Shown here: positions 60,135 to 64,000 of the stretch, in pieces | How the letters are laid out: each line of letters opens with the position of its first letter | How positions within the stretch are numbered: position 1 is the first letter of the stretch | The notes under the pieces: model-generated | What the model was told of the DNA's origin: nothing | What the model saw: the letters and a program-made list of their open reading frames with translations, nothing else | Database searches by the model: none | Made by a program: the position numbers and the translations under genes | NCBI GenBank assembly: GCA_023396615.1 | Contig: JAEWVM010000009.1 | Span: 966 to 64,965, forward strand | DNA length: 64,000 nt | Reading direction: 5' to 3' | Source of the DNA: Spirochaetota bacterium | Lineage (GTDB): Bacteria; Spirochaetota; UBA4802; JAFGJZ01

Positions 60135-62435
60135 ATGAAAAGACTCAGAATCGGCCTCCAAACTGCGAGACTGGAATACGGCTACGGTGTAAAATTATGG
60201 CAGGGAGCGCTGATTGCCGCAAAACAAAGAGATGCCGATCTAATAGTATTTCCCGGGCGCAATCTGAATTCTCCACACGGATATGATTATCAATATAACA
60301 GCATTTTCAGCTTGATGAATCTTGATAATATTGATTCGCTCATACTGATTACAACACTTATCAGCAATTACGTTAACAAAGAAGAGTTAAATAAATTCCG
60401 CATGAATTTTTCCGATCTTCCAATAATCAGTGTCGGAGCAAGAATTGAAAATACTCCCAGCATTCTCATAGACAACCGGTCCGGAATCAGAGATCTCGTA
60501 AAACATCAAATTGAAGTTCACGGCGCAAAGAGAATCGCATTCATCAAAGGACCTGAAAATAACTGGGAAGCCGACGAAAGATATCAGGCATATAAATTGG
60601 AATTAGAAGCGAACGGAATTCCTTTTGATGAAAAACTTATCGGCAACGGAGATTTTACTTCTCACAGTGTAGCTCCCGCGATTGAGAAAATATTGAATTC
60701 AAACGATCTTCTTCCTGAAGTATTTATGTTTGCAAATGATGAAATGGCAATTCATGGAATGAGGCTTCTCAGAGAAAAAGGCATAGATATTCCCGGAGAT
60801 ACTTCTATTACGGGATTTGATGATATACGTGAAGCGGCAGCACAGTCTGTTCCGATAACCACAGTATCTCAGCCGCTCGCGGAGATGATCGACCGCGCGG
60901 TAAATCTTGCTGTTGAACTTGCGCAGGGCAAAGAAACCCCTTTTGAAACAATTCTTCCAACACACGCCGTTATCAGATCATCATGCGGGTGCATTGCCCA
61001 TTGCGTAAATGACGTCGTAAATATAAGAAAAATTAATCTTCCCAAAGATGATAAATATGACATGTGCAGTCAGGTTCTCAAGATTCTTGATGAACACAAT
61101 TTTGACAACTATTCCGGCAAAAAAACAAGGCGTGCAAATGTCGAACAGATCATTCGCAAAATTATATCTTTATCATCCGGCAATAAAAACGAAACAGCCG
61201 ATGAAAGCGATATTTTTTCATTTTTCAATTATTTCAGTCGAATGCTGATGGAAGAATCTTCACAGGGACTTCAGCCGGAACATTGGCAGATTCCGCTTTC
61301 AATTCTTTCTGAGTTTGTTAATTCCTCACGTGCAACAGATATTATGCTTGATCAGTTCAGGTTTCTCGTACGCGCCTGCGCGGTTCTAACCCTTGATTCA
61401 GCGCTCAACATGCGCGTTGCGAATCAATATGAATTTGAAAGAATAATCGAACACATTCATGATTTAGAATACGATATCTCTTCTGTAGTCGATTTGAATT
61501 CTCTCATACAAATTCTCGTAAGAAAGCTACCAAGCGTGGGAATCAACACCTTCATTCTGTCAAAATATAAAACCGATTGGGAACAGAAGCGCGATGACGA
61601 ATGGTCAGGACTCCCGGATCTAAAATGCGTGGCCTCTATGTGCGACGGCCGTGAAATGAATACACTTGAACTAAATGACTGTGGTGCATTAAAGTGGATT
61701 GCATCTCCAGACAGATCTGAAAATGACAGAAGCAGGGCGTTTGTAATTTATCCCCTGTTTTTCCGCGAAAATCATTACGGAATTGCAGCCTATGAACTTT
61801 CGCTTCAAAGCGGGTTCATATACGAAAGTCTGACGACCCAGATATCAGGAGTTTTAAAACGTATATTTCTATATGACGCGAAAGACAAAGCCGAACAGGG
61901 TCTTCGGCAGGCAATGCGCGATCTCGAAATTTTTAATGCACAGCTCAGTCAGCTTTCAATAACAGATGAACTGACAGGATTGTTTAACAGGCGCGGTTTT
62001 ATGAAAATGGCAGAACACTCATCGTTTCTCGCGCGTCAAATGGGACAGCCCTCCATGCTGATTTTCGCAGATCTCGATAAACTGAAAAAAATCAACGACA
62101 CTTACGGACACGACGAAGGCGACTGGGCGATAAAAACAGTTTCCGAAGCTTTGAAAAAAACATTCCGATCCAATGATGTGGTCGCGCGTCTCGGCGGAGA
62201 TGAATTTACTGTTTTCGCGACAAATATGAAAGAAGAACTTCTTCCAAGATCTCAGTCCCGCATAAATGATTTTTTAAAACAAAGATGTACCGAAAAACAA
62301 AAGGAATATGAACTGACTATAAGCATCGGTCATGTTATCTGCCCGGTTAACGAATCACTGAGTATCGAAGAGTATATGCAGATAGCCGACAGCCGTTTGT
62401 ATGAACAGAAGAAAAAGAAACATACTGAGAGCTGA
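60135..62435 (+). CDS. Diguanylate cyclase with N-terminal LacI/PBP1-type sugar-binding domain (no HTH) and C-terminal GGDEF
   Basis: Periplasmic-binding-protein type-1 fold residues (...PGDTSITGFDDI...), then a ~250-aa unassigned region. GGDEF domain with RSND I-site and intact GGDEF. Confidence 0.8.
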   Translation: MKRLRIGLQTARLEYGYGVKLWQGALIAAKQRDADLIVFPGRNLNSPHGYDYQYNSIFSLMNLDNIDSLILITTLISNYVNKEELNKFRMNFSDLPIISVGARIENTPSILIDNRSGIRDLVKHQIEVHGAKRIAFIKGPENNWEADERYQAYKLELEANGIPFDEKLIGNGDFTSHSVAPAIEKILNSNDLLPEVFMFANDEMAIHGMRLLREKGIDIPGDTSITGFDDIREAAAQSVPITTVSQPLAEMIDRAVNLAVELAQGKETPFETILPTHAVIRSSCGCIAHCVNDVVNIRKINLPKDDKYDMCSQVLKILDEHNFDNYSGKKTRRANVEQIIRKIISLSSGNKNETADESDIFSFFNYFSRMLMEESSQGLQPEHWQIPLSILSEFVNSSRATDIMLDQFRFLVRACAVLTLDSALNMRVANQYEFERIIEHIHDLEYDISSVVDLNSLIQILVRKLPSVGINTFILSKYKTDWEQKRDDEWSGLPDLKCVASMCDGREMNTLELNDCGALKWIASPDRSENDRSRAFVIYPLFFRENHYGIAAYELSLQSGFIYESLTTQISGVLKRIFLYDAKDKAEQGLRQAMRDLEIFNAQLSQLSITDELTGLFNRRGFMKMAEHSSFLARQMGQPSMLIFADLDKLKKINDTYGHDEGDWAIKTVSEALKKTFRSNDVVARLGGDEFTVFATNMKEELLPRSQSRINDFLKQRCTEKQKEYELTISIGHVICPVNESLSIEEYMQIADSRLYEQKKKKHTES

Positions 62436-62477
62436 TGGAATCTGTTATTGATGATTCAGGGCGTTATGCAATAATTT

Positions 62478-62513
62478 AAAGGGCATCCTATGCCCTTTAC
62501 CCGGTTTTGCCGG
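62478..62513 (+). terminator. Terminator-like hairpins after the GGDEF gene
   Basis: AAAGGGCAT-CCT-ATGCCCTTT, then CCGG-TTTTG-CCGG. Confidence 0.55.
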
Positions 62514-62763
62514 ATGCTCCGGACGCGCGTTGCGAGGCGCTATTATTTTGACATCCTGCCAAATATTGAAGCGCTTCGATGGCGGTTCTCGTAACGCCTT
62601 AGTATCAGCCTTCAGCGTACAATTTGCGTTCTTACTCTGTTTATTTATCTTTTTCTGAATTGCTTTGCCCACTTTGGATATTTTCATTAACATTCATTTC
62701 GAAATTTCATTACACGGATGAAAGCGGCATGTGTCAGGGGAATACTGTCACTGAAGAGATAAA

Positions 62764-62994
62764 TTATTGATTCCTTTCAATCTTTTGATTATTATGATTT
62801 AATTTAATATTCTTTTCTTTTTTAAATCCACCCAAATGATATATTAAGATAGCAGCATATCCTAACAATAAGATGTATATTAAATATTTTCTTATTTCTT
62901 TAACACCAAATCCTGAAATAAAACCATCAAGTATAATCAAAATGCCCATAATAATTGTATAAGCTATTAAAGTTGATATCATGTCCATCAACAT
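62764..62994 (-). CDS. Small two-TM membrane protein with holin-like features
   Basis: AAGGAG RBS 8 nt upstream; MLMDM N-terminus (three Met in five residues), two TM helices, and a highly charged C-terminal tail (KKEKNIKLNHNNQKIERNQ). Confidence 0.45.
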   Translation of the reverse strand: MLMDMISTLIAYTIIMGILIILDGFISGFGVKEIRKYLIYILLLGYAAILIYHLGGFKKEKNIKLNHNNQKIERNQ

Positions 62995-63457
62995 TACTCA
63001 CTCCTTATAATCCCGAACGGTATTCCGCCTGAAAATCTATCAATTAATTACAATTTCATCCCTGAGTTTTTAAAACTTATGCTCTTTCTGTTGCTTCCAT
63101 TTCTGCACTTCTGCGCAATAATTCATAGTATTCAGATTATCTTCATGCCCGCAATATAACATTTTACTTTTCAAATAATTACTGCGCCTATCCGCAAATA
63201 ATTTTAACCCGCTAATTCCATCACAACCTTCTACTCCATGAATGAATAAAGGAAAATGACATTGGTTTATTATTTAATTTTCATTTCATAATATTATTAC
63301 ACGTTCATTCACTTCGCTCAGTATACGCGCATATGTTCTTGTTGATATCAATCAGATCTATCCAATTTATTCGACTCTTACGGCTCCGACTATCACGTAC
63401 CAATAGGCGATTATCAAATCTTTCAGTATTTTCTTTATATCATTTTGTCTTCGTAAG

Positions 63458-64000
63458 CTACGGCAACTCATTGATATAAATCAGTCTAATATCATTTTCA
63501 TTACATCTTTCTACAACAAATGTTTCTCTGCCAGAAGATTCATAATACAAAAGCTCAACCTTCACATATTTCAGAAAACCATCTTTATCTTTTTTGTTTT
63601 CAATCATAACTTCAATAGCTTTATTTTCAAGCTTATAGCTGATTTTATTTTCAGGTAAATTTATCAATCCTATTTTTGGATAAATTGCTATTAAACGATA
63701 TAAAAGAAATCCATCCAGAACAGACGCATTAGTAATTGTGAGATAAGTTTTAAAAAAATAATCATTCTCATTCTGAGATTCCAATTGACCTTTGCTTAAC
63801 AGATATTTTTCATTATATTCTTTTAAGCTATACCTTTTCATTGAATCAATAAATTCACTCTTTCTTGGTGGCGGGAAGATACTCGTATATCCGCTGAAAA
63901 TATATCCTGTTTTATTTTTATAATTAACTTTTAGCCAATTCCCCTTTATATTATCTACGACAAGATAATCCTTAGTATTTTCAATTAATTCAAATTTTAC
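63458..64000 (-). CDS. Protein with SH3b-like domain, N-terminally truncated by the window end
   Basis: The reading frame is open from the window edge (…VVDNIKGNWLKVNYKNKTGYIFSGYTS…, an SH3b-like motif) through the 127-aa ORF in the track. The real start is beyond position 64000. Confidence 0.4.
   Translation of the reverse strand, partial: VKFELIENTKDYLVVDNIKGNWLKVNYKNKTGYIFSGYTSIFPPPRKSEFIDSMKRYSLKEYNEKYLLSKGQLESQNENDYFFKTYLTITNASVLDGFLLYRLIAIYPKIGLINLPENKISYKLENKAIEVMIENKKDKDGFLKYVKVELLYYESSGRETFVVERCNENDIRLIYINELP

Noticed and set aside
62445-62693. 82-aa minus-strand ORF just downstream of the GGDEF gene
   Set aside because: It overlaps the terminator hairpins and a GC-rich non-coding stretch. 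It has no RBS and a basic low-complexity composition, so it is probably not a gene. A small RNA in this stretch cannot be excluded.
1-64000. CRISPR arrays, IS elements or transposases, integrases, rRNA or tRNA genes
   Set aside because: No regularly spaced direct repeats were seen. No DDE or HUH transposase-like or tyrosine-recombinase-like ORFs were found, and no rRNA or tRNA signatures in any intergenic region. The only repeats are the 18-bp tandem at 59924-59969 and short terminator hairpins.

Overview
This is an AT-rich bacterial chromosomal window that is densely coding on both strands. The backbone is housekeeping, and there are no rRNA or tRNA genes, no CRISPR array and no recognisable transposase. 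Product and boundary calls throughout rest on motif-level reading of the six-frame ORF track, not on database searches.

Main contents:
- **Heat-shock operon.** An hrcA-grpE-dnaK-dnaJ operon lies on the minus strand, with a near-consensus sigma70-type promoter and a near-consensus CIRCE operator directly upstream of hrcA.
- **Type II secretion cluster.** A contiguous, translationally coupled gspC-D-E-F-G-H-I-J-K-L-M-N gene set (19.7-31.3 kb) forms the largest system in the window. Its GspE ATPase carries tandem MshEN-type 24-residue c-di-GMP-binding motifs at the N-terminus. The cluster is followed by a YlbF/YmcA-like gene, a PilZ-domain gene and two unknown genes.
- **Other recognisable genes.** These include clpB (with its own consensus promoter), tex, hrpB, purN, coaX, radC, ppk1, pfkA and a sigma70-family sigma factor. 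Others are tatA, tatD, a patatin-like lipase, a bacterial-type myo-inositol-1-phosphate synthase and a GT39-like membrane glycosyltransferase. A partner-switching set (STAS protein, HAMP-PP2C phosphatase, giant TPR protein) and a sugar-binding-domain-GGDEF diguanylate cyclase are also present.
- **Unusual items.** Two apparent pseudo-enzymes: an RmlD-like protein with degenerate cofactor and catalytic motifs, coupled to tatA, and an orphan GlgD-like protein. Others are a ThiI-like PP-loop domain without THUMP, a ppk1 / SixA-like phosphatase / pfkA / DUF362 operon preceded by tandem direct repeats, and c-di-GMP wiring around the T2SS.
- **Right edge (from 62.4 kb).** The last ~1.6 kb is AT-richer and gene-poor. 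It holds a holin-like small membrane protein with an MLMDM multi-start N-terminus and a truncated SH3b-like protein, and may be the edge of a phage-derived or accessory segment.

I could not place a clearly novel multi-gene system from sequence alone. The best candidates are flagged as findings with tests.
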